From positions 89,247 through 153,246 of the forward strand of contig JAKAHD010000001.1 in the NCBI GenBank assembly GCA_021815205.1: a stretch of DNA of 64,000 nt, read 5' to 3'. The DNA comes from a bacterium (lineage in GTDB: Bacteria > Patescibacteriota > Minisyncoccia > UBA6257 > GWB1-50-10). Positions 54,180 to 63,689 of this stretch are shown here, one piece after another (positions within the stretch are counted from its first letter, which is position 1; the number at the start of each line of letters is the position of its first letter). Below the pieces are notes generated by a model, which was given only the letters and a program-made list of their open reading frames with translations, made no database searches and was not told where the DNA came from. A program made the translations under genes and the position numbers.

Positions 54180-56291
54180 TTATTCCTGCCGTGTTGGTTG
54201 CGCCTCAAGCGTGAGCGTGAGTAGTATCCGCTTATCCGGATCGTTCGTGTCGTAGGTAAAGACGGAACTCTTGGATTCCGCCCAATAGTATTTGAAAGGC
54301 GCATTGATGACAAGATGAAGCGAGTTTTGTACTCCCGATTGACGCTCGAAAATGAAAGTGTATACCTGTCCCGGCGCGAGTGCGGGAAGATTGGTGTAAG
54401 AGGTCTGATAGCGGAGCTGCATCGTCTTCGACTGTCCCGCGGGAGTCTGAAGCCACGCGGCGAACACATTCTTTCCAAACTCGTTCCTTTGCCACGCCTT
54501 GAAATTCGTGAGGTATACCTCCTTCTCTGTTGCGGCGAGATCCGGGTTTGTTGTGTAACTCGAGCGGGTGTACTCAAGCGTGGAGTTCACCGTCCTTGCG
54601 TCATTTCCTTGAATACTCACGAGCGATGTGCCGGGTTCCGTGAAGACCTGCAGAAAATCTTTGTTCACCACCCGATACCATGGATCTTTCTGGGTGTTGC
54701 CGCTATGGGTTCTTGTGATGTTTACACTCGTAAACGTATTCCCGTTCGTATCAAGATCCACCTTCGCACTGACGCTTTCCCCGATGAACGCATCGGTTTT
54801 TCCTCCAGCGACGTTCGCGTTCACGACCGCAAGATACGAACCCCAGAAGTTGTCGGGGAGTGAGTAGACCGAACCGTCGAGGTTATGTGACGTAAGGAAA
54901 TCGGAGAGCGTCGCATCCTTCGCGTAGTACATAATGTCTTTTTTCTGCACCGCTTCTTTTATCTTTTGGAAGAGTTGATTTCTTCCTTCGGAAGAGAGAT
55001 CATTCAGCTTCTGGAGCAGGATCGGCGCGAGCACTTTGAGTATCTTCTTCGGCTGGCCCGCCTTTTTATCCGCTCCCGCCTCGACTTCCCGTTGTACCTC
55101 AGGAAGGAAGTTATCGCTCGTAATGGTTATACCGTATTCGGGAAGCGGAATGGGGCCTGTCACGTCGAGGAGGGATTGCACGACGTTGATATTGAGGGCG
55201 ATCGCCATATCGAACGTTTCGTTACGATCCGAGTACATCTTCGATGCCTCGAGGAAGTGCACGATCGTCTTTGCGGAAGTCGGAAAATCAAAGAACCAGT
55301 TCGCGTCGCGCGCTCCCCAGTTGCGCGTGACGCCCTGCAATTGTTCCGGAGGAATCACCTTGAGGTCGAGCTGTCCGTCGGGATCGTAAATATCCCGCAC
55401 GTCTATGTTTGTCATCTGTCCTCCCGAGACCGTGATATCGGCATAACTCCCCACAAAACCGCCTCCCGGGCGGATCTCGGAGGGATTTTGGAAGAGAAGC
55501 ACTATATGGTGATCCCCCGGCGCTTGAAACCACGCGAGGAGACTTCCTAAGGCGCTGTCCCAACTGTAGAGCTCGGCGCTGTATTTCAGGTACTCCCCTC
55601 CGATCGCGGTATCAACTGACTGGAATGACGAGGAAAGGTTTTTAAGATTCGAGGTGGTATTTTTAATGTCGAGCGTCTCGGTATTGATCTGTTGGATGAG
55701 AGTATGGAGGGAAGAGAGCGCCGCAATAAGCGACTTTCCGTCGTGTACGAAGTATCCGAAGCCGTTTGTCTGGAGATCCTGGAGCCCCTGGCTCAGTTGA
55801 AGGAACTGGAGGTTCAGCGAGGTGATTTTCCCAAGAAACCCCATCCCCTGTTGGACGACGGGAACAATATTCCCCACGACATCAAAGATGGTTTGTCCGA
55901 CGCCGTTCCGCACCATGGAGTTGATGTTTCCGAGCGCTTCCTTGTTTTTCTCGAGATACGCGGATGCGGCTTGAGGTTCGAGATTTTTGAGCGCGGTTGC
56001 GGACGCGAGAAAATTTTTCATAATGGACGAGCTTGTGTCGGCGACGCTCGCCTTAATGGTCCTCAAGTTGTTTACGAGAAGGAGCACGAAGAGCACGACC
56101 CCGACAAGGAGGAGCCCGAATATGCCTATGAGCGCCCGTTTCAGAATCACAAATCGGGGCGGTGCAGCTTCCGGCACGTGCGCGAGGTTCACCGTACCGA
56201 ACTTATTGAGCCGCTCGTAGTTGAAGTTTGGGTTCCTCACGTCGACGAGGATCGGGTCGATGTTCTTTTTTGGTACTGACTTCTTTTCCAT
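54180..56291 (-). CDS. DUF4012-domain membrane-anchored protein
   Basis: LLFQNPSEIRPGGGF.GSY, RDANW..DFPTSA, N..GGK.D. Confidence 0.85.
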   Translation of the reverse strand: MEKKSVPKKNIDPILVDVRNPNFNYERLNKFGTVNLAHVPEAAPPRFVILKRALIGIFGLLLVGVVLFVLLLVNNLRTIKASVADTSSSIMKNFLASATALKNLEPQAASAYLEKNKEALGNINSMVRNGVGQTIFDVVGNIVPVVQQGMGFLGKITSLNLQFLQLSQGLQDLQTNGFGYFVHDGKSLIAALSSLHTLIQQINTETLDIKNTTSNLKNLSSSFQSVDTAIGGEYLKYSAELYSWDSALGSLLAWFQAPGDHHIVLLFQNPSEIRPGGGFVGSYADITVSGGQMTNIDVRDIYDPDGQLDLKVIPPEQLQGVTRNWGARDANWFFDFPTSAKTIVHFLEASKMYSDRNETFDMAIALNINVVQSLLDVTGPIPLPEYGITITSDNFLPEVQREVEAGADKKAGQPKKILKVLAPILLQKLNDLSSEGRNQLFQKIKEAVQKKDIMYYAKDATLSDFLTSHNLDGSVYSLPDNFWGSYLAVVNANVAGGKTDAFIGESVSAKVDLDTNGNTFTSVNITRTHSGNTQKDPWYRVVNKDFLQVFTEPGTSLVSIQGNDARTVNSTLEYTRSSYTTNPDLAATEKEVYLTNFKAWQRNEFGKNVFAAWLQTPAGQSKTMQLRYQTSYTNLPALAPGQVYTFIFERQSGVQNSLHLVINAPFKYYWAESKSSVFTYDTNDPDKRILLTLTLEAQPTRQE

Positions 56292-56294
56292 ACG

Positions 56295-57434
56295 TTATGC
56301 GCGCTGTGCGATCGATGCAAATAGCTTCATATACTGCGCGGCGCTTTTTCTCCAGTCGAACCGCGCCGCATTTTCCTTCCCTTTCCGTATGAACGATGCG
56401 CGGAGTGCGGGGTGTTCGAGGAACGCCTCAATTGCGTCGGCGAGCTCGCGCACATTCCAGGGATTTACAAGGAGCGCGCTTCCGCCGAGTATTTCTGGAA
56501 GTGAGGTGCGGTTTGAAGCGATGACGGGCGTGCCGCACGCCTGGGCCTCGAGCGGAGGAAATCCGAACCCTTCAAAGAAGGAAGGGTAGACGAATGCCTC
56601 GGCTCTGCGGTAGAGGAGGCGCATCACTTCGGGGTCCGCTTTTCCCCAGAAGATGATGGCGTTCGAGTAGGGCGACCGCGCTGCCTCTTTGAAAATTGTA
56701 GCATAGAGCCATCCCGGCGATCCCGCGAGTACGAGCGAGAGATCCTTGTTGTTCGGCGATTGTTTGAGGAGAGAAAATGCCCGTATGATCGCGATGATGT
56801 TCTTTCTCGGTTCAATCGTGCCGGAGTACAACAGGAAGCGCTCGGGCAGCCGTAGCGCATCCCGCGCCGCCGTGTTTGTATGGCTTGTTTCGAGGTACAA
56901 AGGATCAATTCCAGAGTAGATTCTCGTGATCTTCTCTTCAGGTATTTTGAAGGTATCAACGAGCGTTTCTTTTGTGAAGTCGGAGACGGCGACGAGATGC
57001 CCCGCGGTACGTATCTGCTCCGCGTAGTTCTGTCTCCAATGCCACAGGCGTTCGCGCGAAGAGAAGAACTCCGGGTAGTGGAATGAAATATCGTGAATCG
57101 TAAGGACGCGGCGTTTCGGGTTCCGAAACGAAAGAATATTGATGTTGGGACTCCAGAATACATCGGAGGGAAATAGTGCGTCAATCTTCGGAGCCGCAAG
57201 AAAGAGGTTTAGAAAATCGAATATCCTGTTCGGTATCCTGAAATTCGCCGAGTGCATATTCCCCGGGCCCTCCGGAGCGCACATCTCTTTTTTTCTTCTG
57301 AACCCGTTCGCAAAAAGGAGATACCGGTGTTCCGGATAATCCTCGATGAGACGTTCGGTAAGAAGTCTTGTATATTCGGAGATTCCGGAGAACGTATCGG
57401 GTTTCCATCCCCGTGTGTCAATGAAGATATTCAT
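56295..57434 (-). CDS. GT4 glycosyltransferase
   Basis: TIHD, GTIEPRKN, EGFGFPPLEA. Confidence 0.92.
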   Translation of the reverse strand: MNIFIDTRGWKPDTFSGISEYTRLLTERLIEDYPEHRYLLFANGFRRKKEMCAPEGPGNMHSANFRIPNRIFDFLNLFLAAPKIDALFPSDVFWSPNINILSFRNPKRRVLTIHDISFHYPEFFSSRERLWHWRQNYAEQIRTAGHLVAVSDFTKETLVDTFKIPEEKITRIYSGIDPLYLETSHTNTAARDALRLPERFLLYSGTIEPRKNIIAIIRAFSLLKQSPNNKDLSLVLAGSPGWLYATIFKEAARSPYSNAIIFWGKADPEVMRLLYRRAEAFVYPSFFEGFGFPPLEAQACGTPVIASNRTSLPEILGGSALLVNPWNVRELADAIEAFLEHPALRASFIRKGKENAARFDWRKSAAQYMKLFASIAQRA

Positions 57435-57549
57435 GTATTTCTCTACGAAGTACGAATTGCTTACGAATATACGAAAAAAAACGTACAACTCGCAACTTAC
57501 AGCTTAATGAGCGGATTCGTATATTCGCGTAAAATTCGTATTTCGTAGC
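57435..57549 (-). repeat. TACGAA/TTCGTA inverted repeat array, copy 3
   Basis: Ends ttcgtagagaaatac-ATG, as in copy 2. Confidence 0.85.
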
Positions 57550-57696
57550 ATGGCATAGTTTTTACCCTCCTCCGCGAGCGAAAGCGAGTAGAGAAAGTCA
57601 TGCCCGTAACCCCCCCACATCAGAGAATGCCCCGCGCGTGATCCCATGGTGTGGAGGTAAAGTCGCGGGGCTCCACATTGCATTTTTGGAACGTTT

Positions 57697-58794
57697 CTAT
57701 AGTGTAAGCCCATACTTGGCGAGCATGCCGAGAAAATTTTTTTTAAATTCTTCCTTCGAGAATCGTTGTGCCGATTTTGCGATCGCGCGCCGATCGAACG
57801 AATGGAATTCCAGCTCCTTCACGGCGGCAACGATCGCTTCGGGCGTTTGTTCCCGGAACAAAAGCCCCGTTTTCTTATGCGTAACGATTTCTCTCGCGCC
57901 CCCTTGGGCGAACGCGATGACGGGCGTGCCGCACGCCTGCGCTTCCGCGGCGACAAGCCCGAAATCCTCGATCTGGGGAAAGATAAACGCCTTGGCGTTG
58001 CTGTAAAGAAGCCGCAGTTCGTCGTCGCTCGCCGACTCTATGAATTCTATGAGCGGCGATCGTACGAGCTTCTTAAGCTTTGCGAGTTCCGGTCCCCGTC
58101 CCGCAATCTTCAGGGGCTTCTGAAGCTGATTCATGGCGGCAATCCCGAGATCGAATCCTTTGTAATAGAGAAGCCTTCCCGCCATAAGATAATACTCCTT
58201 CTTTCCCGATTCCGGCTCCGGATAGAACATGTCGGTGTCGACGGGAGGATATACCGTAATCGCGTCTCTTCCGTAATACGCTCTCACCTTCTCGGCGATG
58301 AAGTTCGAGTTTGCAATGAAGAGATTTACCTTTTGCGCCGCGTTCCTGTCCCATTTCTTGAGCCACTTCGCGATGGGGTATGCGATAAGATTCGAGAGCG
58401 CCTTCGGAGAAAAGCGGAGATTCTTCAGATAATCGATCTCCCACGCGTAGCGGAGCGGGCTATGGCAGTAGCTTATGTGATAAGGCGCCCGTACCCGGAA
58501 CCCCTTGGCATATCCCGCGGTCGAGGAGATCACGAGGTCGTATTCCTGTTTCGGGTGAATGGACGACGCGGCGAAAGGCATGAGTGGTATGAAGAGCCGA
58601 TGATGTTTCCGTACCCACGGGATGTCGAGAAAGCTCGATCCGCGGATGTTTCTTTCAAAGATCCCTTTTGTTTTCCCCCTATCGTAAAGAAGCGTATAAA
58701 GATCGGCGCGAGGAAAAATCTCGATCAAGGATTTCAATACCCGTTCCGCTCCTCCGAACTGATTTAAGTAATCATGGAGTATGGCAACTCTCAT
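57697..58794 (-). CDS. GT4 glycosyltransferase
   Basis: HDYLNQFGGAERV, YCHSP.RY.W, EDFGLVAAEA. Confidence 0.92.
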   Translation of the reverse strand: MRVAILHDYLNQFGGAERVLKSLIEIFPRADLYTLLYDRGKTKGIFERNIRGSSFLDIPWVRKHHRLFIPLMPFAASSIHPKQEYDLVISSTAGYAKGFRVRAPYHISYCHSPLRYAWEIDYLKNLRFSPKALSNLIAYPIAKWLKKWDRNAAQKVNLFIANSNFIAEKVRAYYGRDAITVYPPVDTDMFYPEPESGKKEYYLMAGRLLYYKGFDLGIAAMNQLQKPLKIAGRGPELAKLKKLVRSPLIEFIESASDDELRLLYSNAKAFIFPQIEDFGLVAAEAQACGTPVIAFAQGGAREIVTHKKTGLLFREQTPEAIVAAVKELEFHSFDRRAIAKSAQRFSKEEFKKNFLGMLAKYGLTL

Positions 58795-58837
58795 TACCTC
58801 AATTTTACACTGAAAATCTCTATTATTCCAAATGAAG

Positions 58838-59006
58838 AGAGTTCTCCTCCCGAGCGTATATTGCTCAAGCATGTCACACGCTTCCCGCGCGAGCCACGTT
58901 GCCGAGCCAGGCCCCTCGCCGATAGGCGCGCAGGGTGGCGAGGAGTGAGCGAGCAAGGAAGAAGCGTGATGCGCGATGCACGTATACGCGAGGGAGGAGA
59001 ACTCTT
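58838..59006. other. ~170-nt intergenic imperfect hairpin
   Basis: GAGTTCTCCTCCC/GGGAGGAGAACTC, GCGTATA/TATACGC and CACGCTTC/GAAGCGTG stems. Confidence 0.7.
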
Positions 59007-59010
59007 ATTC

Positions 59011-59613
59011 TTACACCCCCGTCGGGTCGGAGAAGAATATAAGAAACGTCTTGAGGAGAATTTTCAGATCGAATGAGATGGATTGGTGTTCGAGATAGTA
59101 TCTGTCGAACCCAATCTCTTGCTCAAACGGAAGGAGGGATGCGCCGCGTATCTGGGAGAGGCCAGTCAACCCCCCCCTCGCAAGGGTAACGTCTTTGAAT
59201 TCGGAAGGATAACGTGCTACCTCCTCCGGCTCGTGAGGCCGGGGTCCCACGAGCGCAAGCCGCCCCTGGAGCACGTTCACGATTTGCGGGAACTCGTCGA
59301 TCCTGAACTTGCGGAACCACTTACCCACCCGCGTGATGCGCGGGTCATTCGCCATTTTGAAGAGCGGTCCGTCATTCCGCTCGTTCTGGGAGAGAAGCTC
59401 ATGTTTCATTGCGTGGGCGTTCCGCACCATACTGCGGAATTTGTATACCTTCACGATCTTTCCTTCACTCACGCGGTCGAGCGCTACGAATACGGGAAAG
59501 CCGCTCTCGAGGACGATTGCGAGAGCTATGAACGGATAGAACGGGAGAGAGATGAGGAAGAAAATCGTTCCGAGAGCGATATCAAAGAGGCGTTTGGAGA
59601 GAGGATAGGACAT
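59011..59613 (-). CDS. Bacterial sugar transferase (polyprenyl-phosphate glycosylphosphotransferase catalytic domain)
   Basis: KRLFDI, YKFRSM, DPRIT, DEFPQ, VGPRP. Confidence 0.92.
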   Translation of the reverse strand: MSYPLSKRLFDIALGTIFFLISLPFYPFIALAIVLESGFPVFVALDRVSEGKIVKVYKFRSMVRNAHAMKHELLSQNERNDGPLFKMANDPRITRVGKWFRKFRIDEFPQIVNVLQGRLALVGPRPHEPEEVARYPSEFKDVTLARGGLTGLSQIRGASLLPFEQEIGFDRYYLEHQSISFDLKILLKTFLIFFSDPTGV

Positions 59614-59616
59614 GCC

Positions 59617-59755
59617 TAAAATTTTAAATTTATAATTACCTAATTTTTAATTCACAATTTTAAATTTTTAATCAATTTTAAATGCGTTCTAATTTTAAAT
59701 TTCAAAATTATTTCATTTCGATTTGAATAAAAATTTCAAATTAAAAATTATTTTA
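59617..59755. repeat. AT-rich heptad arrays (also 15418-15519, 60425-60512)
   Basis: Repeated aaatttt/aatttca units. Confidence 0.7.
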
Positions 59756-60419
59756 TGACCATGGTAAATTCTCCTCTCCCCTTCTCTCCTTTGAAATACT
59801 CCTGTGCCTCGCGCACGGTGCCGTGCCAGACCTCTTCGTGTAATTTCGTGAGTTCTTTCCCCACGATAAGACGCTGATCCGCTCCGAATGTTTTCTTGAT
59901 ACTCTCGAAAGTTTTTTGGAGCCGGTGCGGCGATTCGTAGAGCACGATGGGGCGGATGATAATTTTGCAAAGTTTTTTAAAGAATGTTGCTCTCCCTTTT
60001 TTGTGCGGCGGGTAGCCGACGAACGTAAACTCATTCGCGTGGATGCCTGATACGGAGAGAAGCGTCGCGATGGCCGACGGTCCCGGGATCGGTATGATGC
60101 TTATCTCCGGATGGCGTTCGCGAAGATACGCCACGAGCTTCGCGCCGGGATCCGCGATTCCCGGCGTACCCGCGTCGCTTACGAATGCGGCGCTTTTCCC
60201 TTCATCAAGAAAATCGGCCACCCTTTTATAGAATGATTCCGCCGCGTACTCGTCCGCGCGCCATGCGGGCCTTTGAAGTCCGAGATGGTTCAAGATTTTT
60301 CTTGCAACGCGCGTATCCTCGGCGAGTACAAGATCAACCTCCTTCAAGGTCTCGATCGCGCGGAGCGTGAGATCGTTCAGGTTCCCGATCGGTGTGGCGA
60401 CGATGTAAAGGGTAGGCAT
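59748..60419 (-). CDS. rsmI: 16S rRNA C1402 2'-O-methyltransferase
   Basis: LYIVATPIGNL.D, AEDTR, SDAGTPGIADPG, YESPHR, ELTK. Confidence 0.96.
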   Translation of the reverse strand: MPTLYIVATPIGNLNDLTLRAIETLKEVDLVLAEDTRVARKILNHLGLQRPAWRADEYAAESFYKRVADFLDEGKSAAFVSDAGTPGIADPGAKLVAYLRERHPEISIIPIPGPSAIATLLSVSGIHANEFTFVGYPPHKKGRATFFKKLCKIIIRPIVLYESPHRLQKTFESIKKTFGADQRLIVGKELTKLHEEVWHGTVREAQEYFKGEKGRGEFTMVIK

Positions 60420-60512
60420 GAAAAGAAATTTGAAATTTGAAATTTTTAATTTTAAATCAATTCTAATTTTTTCAATTTAAAATTCAATTAAAATTTAGAA
60501 CTTGAAATTTTC

Positions 60513-62501
60513 TCATTTAATACCAAACTCCCGTAAAAATGCCTCGTTCGACGGTTCACGGCCGAGGAAATTTTTGATGAGATTTATCGCTTCCTCGCTT
60601 GATCCTTTCTCGAGCACTTTGTTCCTGTAATCCATTCCGATCGTTCCGCTCAGTATACCCTCGCTCCTGAACCGTGTGAACATGTCGGCGGCGTACACCT
60701 TTGACCACATATAGCCGTAGTAGCCGGCGTCGTATCCCACGAGATGCCCGAACCCCGCCGGAAAAATTGCGTCGTCGGGAAGCGTGACGCCGAGATACCG
60801 CGCGAAGATCTCGTTATATAACGCCGCGGGGTCATCGTGCTCGGTATGCTCCATATGCAGGCGCAGATCGAATATGCCGAATACAAGCTGGCGCATTGTG
60901 ATATACCCTTCCATGTAGTGCTCGGTTTTTTTCAGGTTCTCAATCATGGCGTCCGAGAGTGCTTCGCCGGTTTTATAGTGGCGCGAGAGCATACGGAGCA
61001 CTTCCGCATCCCATCCCCAGTATTCGAACATCTGGGACGGCGCCTCGACGAAGTCGCGTTCGACCCGCGTGCCCGATTGCGATCCGTACGTTGCCGCAGT
61101 CAACGAGTGGTGCATCACATGGCCGAACTCGTGGAAGAAGGTGAGTACTTCGTTGTGATCCAAGAGTGAAGGGTTTTCTTCCGTGGGCTTGTTGAAGTTT
61201 GCGACCATGACGCAGAGTGGCGCGACATACCCCTCCCCTTCTTCAGGAAGCGTTTTTCTTCCATGAATGATCGGAAACATTGCGGCATGTCCGTATTTTC
61301 CCTCGCGTGGATAGAGGTCGAGAATAAACTGCGCAATACAATCTCCTCCCGCATCTTCGACGCGGTAAAGTTCCGCATCCTCGTGCCACAAAGGATATCC
61401 CTCACCCCGCACGAAGCGTACCGAAAAAAGTGTTTCATAGCTTCTGAATACGGCATCTTTGACCGACGCGAATGGGAAATACTCCCGCATTTTTTCTTTA
61501 TCGATCTTCATGGAACTCTTCCGTAATTGGTTCAGGTAGTACGGAATGTCATAGTATGCGAGCGCCTCCGTATTTGAGCCGAGTATCCTCCGTTTTTCTT
61601 CAGCAAGCGCGTGGAGATCTCTCCTCACGAGCGGAGCGATTTTCTCCGCGAGTGAGTTGAGGAATTCTTTTGCGGTCTTCGCGTGTTTTGCCATCCGTGT
61701 CTCGATCCTGAAGTCCGCGTGGTTCGCGTACCCGAGAAGTTCCGCGTTGCGTTTCCTGTACCAGAGTATTTTTTTGAGTATCGCGATGTTTTTTACCCCG
61801 CCCTTCTTGAGATTTTTATCAAAGAGCTCTTTGCGTTTCGCGGCATGCGCCGCGTTCTCGACGAACGGGAAGTAATCGGGATACTTGAGCGTCACGATAT
61901 AGTTTTTTTTGTCGTCCCGCGCAAGCCCCTTCAAGTACTGTTCCGGTAGTCCCTCGGTCTCTTCGGGCGCGACGAGGATGGCATCGTTATACTCGTTAAT
62001 ATTCTTAAGGAATTGCGTCTCGAGTCCGGTGAGCTCCTTGTAGTTTTCCTTGAGTTCCTTTCGTTTCGCTTCGTCGAGTTCGAATCCCATGCGTTTCATA
62101 TCGCGGAGCATGTCATCGAAGAGCTTCTTATCTGCTCCCTCGAGAACCCGCTTTCTCGCGGCATACGCCTTGAGCGCCTCATAGATCTTTTCGTCGTACT
62201 CAATATCAATCATCGTTTTCTGGATATCTTCGATCGCGACGCGCGCCGCATCCCGCACCTTCGGGTCGGGGCTCACATTCATGAGCACGTCGATGGCATT
62301 TATAACTCTCTCATTTTTGTAGTCGGAGGATTCGATCGCGAATACGGTATTCTCGAACGTTCTTTCGGACTCCGGGATTTCTTTGATTGCTTCGTAGCAC
62401 CCGCGTTTCTCCGCGAGAATGTCCGCGGGCATTTTTGTGATGGTCGCGGCGTCCCACCGCGTCCAGCGGAAATCTTCGGGAGTGTATTCCGTTCTTTTCA
62501 T
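60513..62501 (-). CDS. M3 metallopeptidase (thimet oligopeptidase-like)
   Basis: DLYPREGK, FHEFGH, DFVEAPSQ, YYGYMWS. Confidence 0.94.
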   Translation of the reverse strand: MKRTEYTPEDFRWTRWDAATITKMPADILAEKRGCYEAIKEIPESERTFENTVFAIESSDYKNERVINAIDVLMNVSPDPKVRDAARVAIEDIQKTMIDIEYDEKIYEALKAYAARKRVLEGADKKLFDDMLRDMKRMGFELDEAKRKELKENYKELTGLETQFLKNINEYNDAILVAPEETEGLPEQYLKGLARDDKKNYIVTLKYPDYFPFVENAAHAAKRKELFDKNLKKGGVKNIAILKKILWYRKRNAELLGYANHADFRIETRMAKHAKTAKEFLNSLAEKIAPLVRRDLHALAEEKRRILGSNTEALAYYDIPYYLNQLRKSSMKIDKEKMREYFPFASVKDAVFRSYETLFSVRFVRGEGYPLWHEDAELYRVEDAGGDCIAQFILDLYPREGKYGHAAMFPIIHGRKTLPEEGEGYVAPLCVMVANFNKPTEENPSLLDHNEVLTFFHEFGHVMHHSLTAATYGSQSGTRVERDFVEAPSQMFEYWGWDAEVLRMLSRHYKTGEALSDAMIENLKKTEHYMEGYITMRQLVFGIFDLRLHMEHTEHDDPAALYNEIFARYLGVTLPDDAIFPAGFGHLVGYDAGYYGYMWSKVYAADMFTRFRSEGILSGTIGMDYRNKVLEKGSSEEAINLIKNFLGREPSNEAFLREFGIK

Positions 62502-62526
62502 TGTTCTTATTTTAGCGCACTATGCC

Positions 62527-63015
62527 CTACGGAAGCACGTTCGTTTCCTCAAGTTGGTGCGCAAGGATCGTGTCATGTTCGCCGAAAAGGAACCTCCCCT
62601 TGAATCTTTTCCCCGCAAGAAAAAGCGGAAGCCAATGAATGTCGTCGGGCCACATCGTGTCATAGGGGATTTCATCAACGGAAAACCATTGAGGTTTCAT
62701 CTCCTCGCTCTCTTCCGGAGTTCCGGTAAAACCGCGTACTTGAAAGACGTGAACCTCGAGTATTCCCGCATTCTTCTGCCCGCTTTGGGGGGAGAATTCA
62801 AATTCGATCACCCCCCTCTTCTCGATGTCGTGGGCGGTAATACCGGTCTCTTCGAATATTTCTCTTTTTGCCGCGCTCTCGATCGTTTCTCCTTCTTTGA
62901 GTTTTCCGCCGAATCCGTTCCATCGTCCCGCGCCGAAGCCGCGTTTCTTCATTCCGAGGAGAATGCGCGGAGGATCATAAATAATACAAAGCGTGAGCGG
63001 TCTTTTTATCGGCAT
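62527..63015 (-). CDS. 8-oxo-dGTP diphosphatase (MTH1/NUDT1-like Nudix)
   Basis: LLGMKKRGFGAGRWNGFGGK, Nudix box, MWPDD..W. Confidence 0.9.
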   Translation of the reverse strand: MPIKRPLTLCIIYDPPRILLGMKKRGFGAGRWNGFGGKLKEGETIESAAKREIFEETGITAHDIEKRGVIEFEFSPQSGQKNAGILEVHVFQVRGFTGTPEESEEMKPQWFSVDEIPYDTMWPDDIHWLPLFLAGKRFKGRFLFGEHDTILAHQLEETNVLP

Positions 63016-63052
63016 ATTTGTGTAGCATGTGTTCTCATTCGTGACATCTGCG

Positions 63053-63523
63053 TTATTTAAAGAAGGTCTTGAATACCCTATCAAATCCAGGCAAGAGCTT
63101 CAATCTTTTCACTTCCTTCGGGGTGGTCCATATATATTTTTTCGCTTCCCAGTCGAGCTTTATCTTGTCCGTAGTTATGGTGACCATGACAGGATGTACG
63201 ACCCATGTCTTTTTATATTTCGGTTCTTCCTGGTCGAATGGCGCACCGCGTACTATTGTTTTTACTTTATTCCTCGGAACGCTGAGTTCTTCTCTTAATT
63301 CTTCGTATACCTTTTCCTCGAGGCTCTTTGCGTCATCCAGAAATCCCGAAATGCCGTTCCAGCATTCCGGATAGAAGTGCAAATTTTCATTCCTCCAGAC
63401 GAGAAGTATTTTGCCCTTGTATTTCACTATGGAATTCACAACCGGCGTCCAGCGGATATTCCGGTAATCCGCTTGCCCCGGCTTCGGCTTGAATTTCGGC
63501 TCCTTAAATTTTTTTTGTTCCAT
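63053..63523 (-). CDS. Nudix hydrolase
   Basis: G.LD......EELREELS variant box. Confidence 0.8.
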   Translation of the reverse strand: MEQKKFKEPKFKPKPGQADYRNIRWTPVVNSIVKYKGKILLVWRNENLHFYPECWNGISGFLDDAKSLEEKVYEELREELSVPRNKVKTIVRGAPFDQEEPKYKKTWVVHPVMVTITTDKIKLDWEAKKYIWTTPKEVKRLKLLPGFDRVFKTFFK

Positions 63524-63689
63524 GTTTATACTTATTCAAACTTCCGCACCATGAGCAATACCATGCGCGTTTCGTTTTCGGTGCGTCGCCCACCGTCCAC
63601 CACTTGCCGCACTTCCCGCAATTGAAATGATGTAGCAGTTCGATGAACCTACGCCCGCTTTTTGATTTTTGTGTTTTTGCGGTTTGCAT
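63504..63689 (-). CDS. Small zinc-ribbon protein
   Basis: HFNCGKCGKWW...YCSWCG; overlaps both neighbours. Confidence 0.65.
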   Translation of the reverse strand: MQTAKTQKSKSGRRFIELLHHFNCGKCGKWWTVGDAPKTKRAWYCSWCGSLNKYKHGTKKI

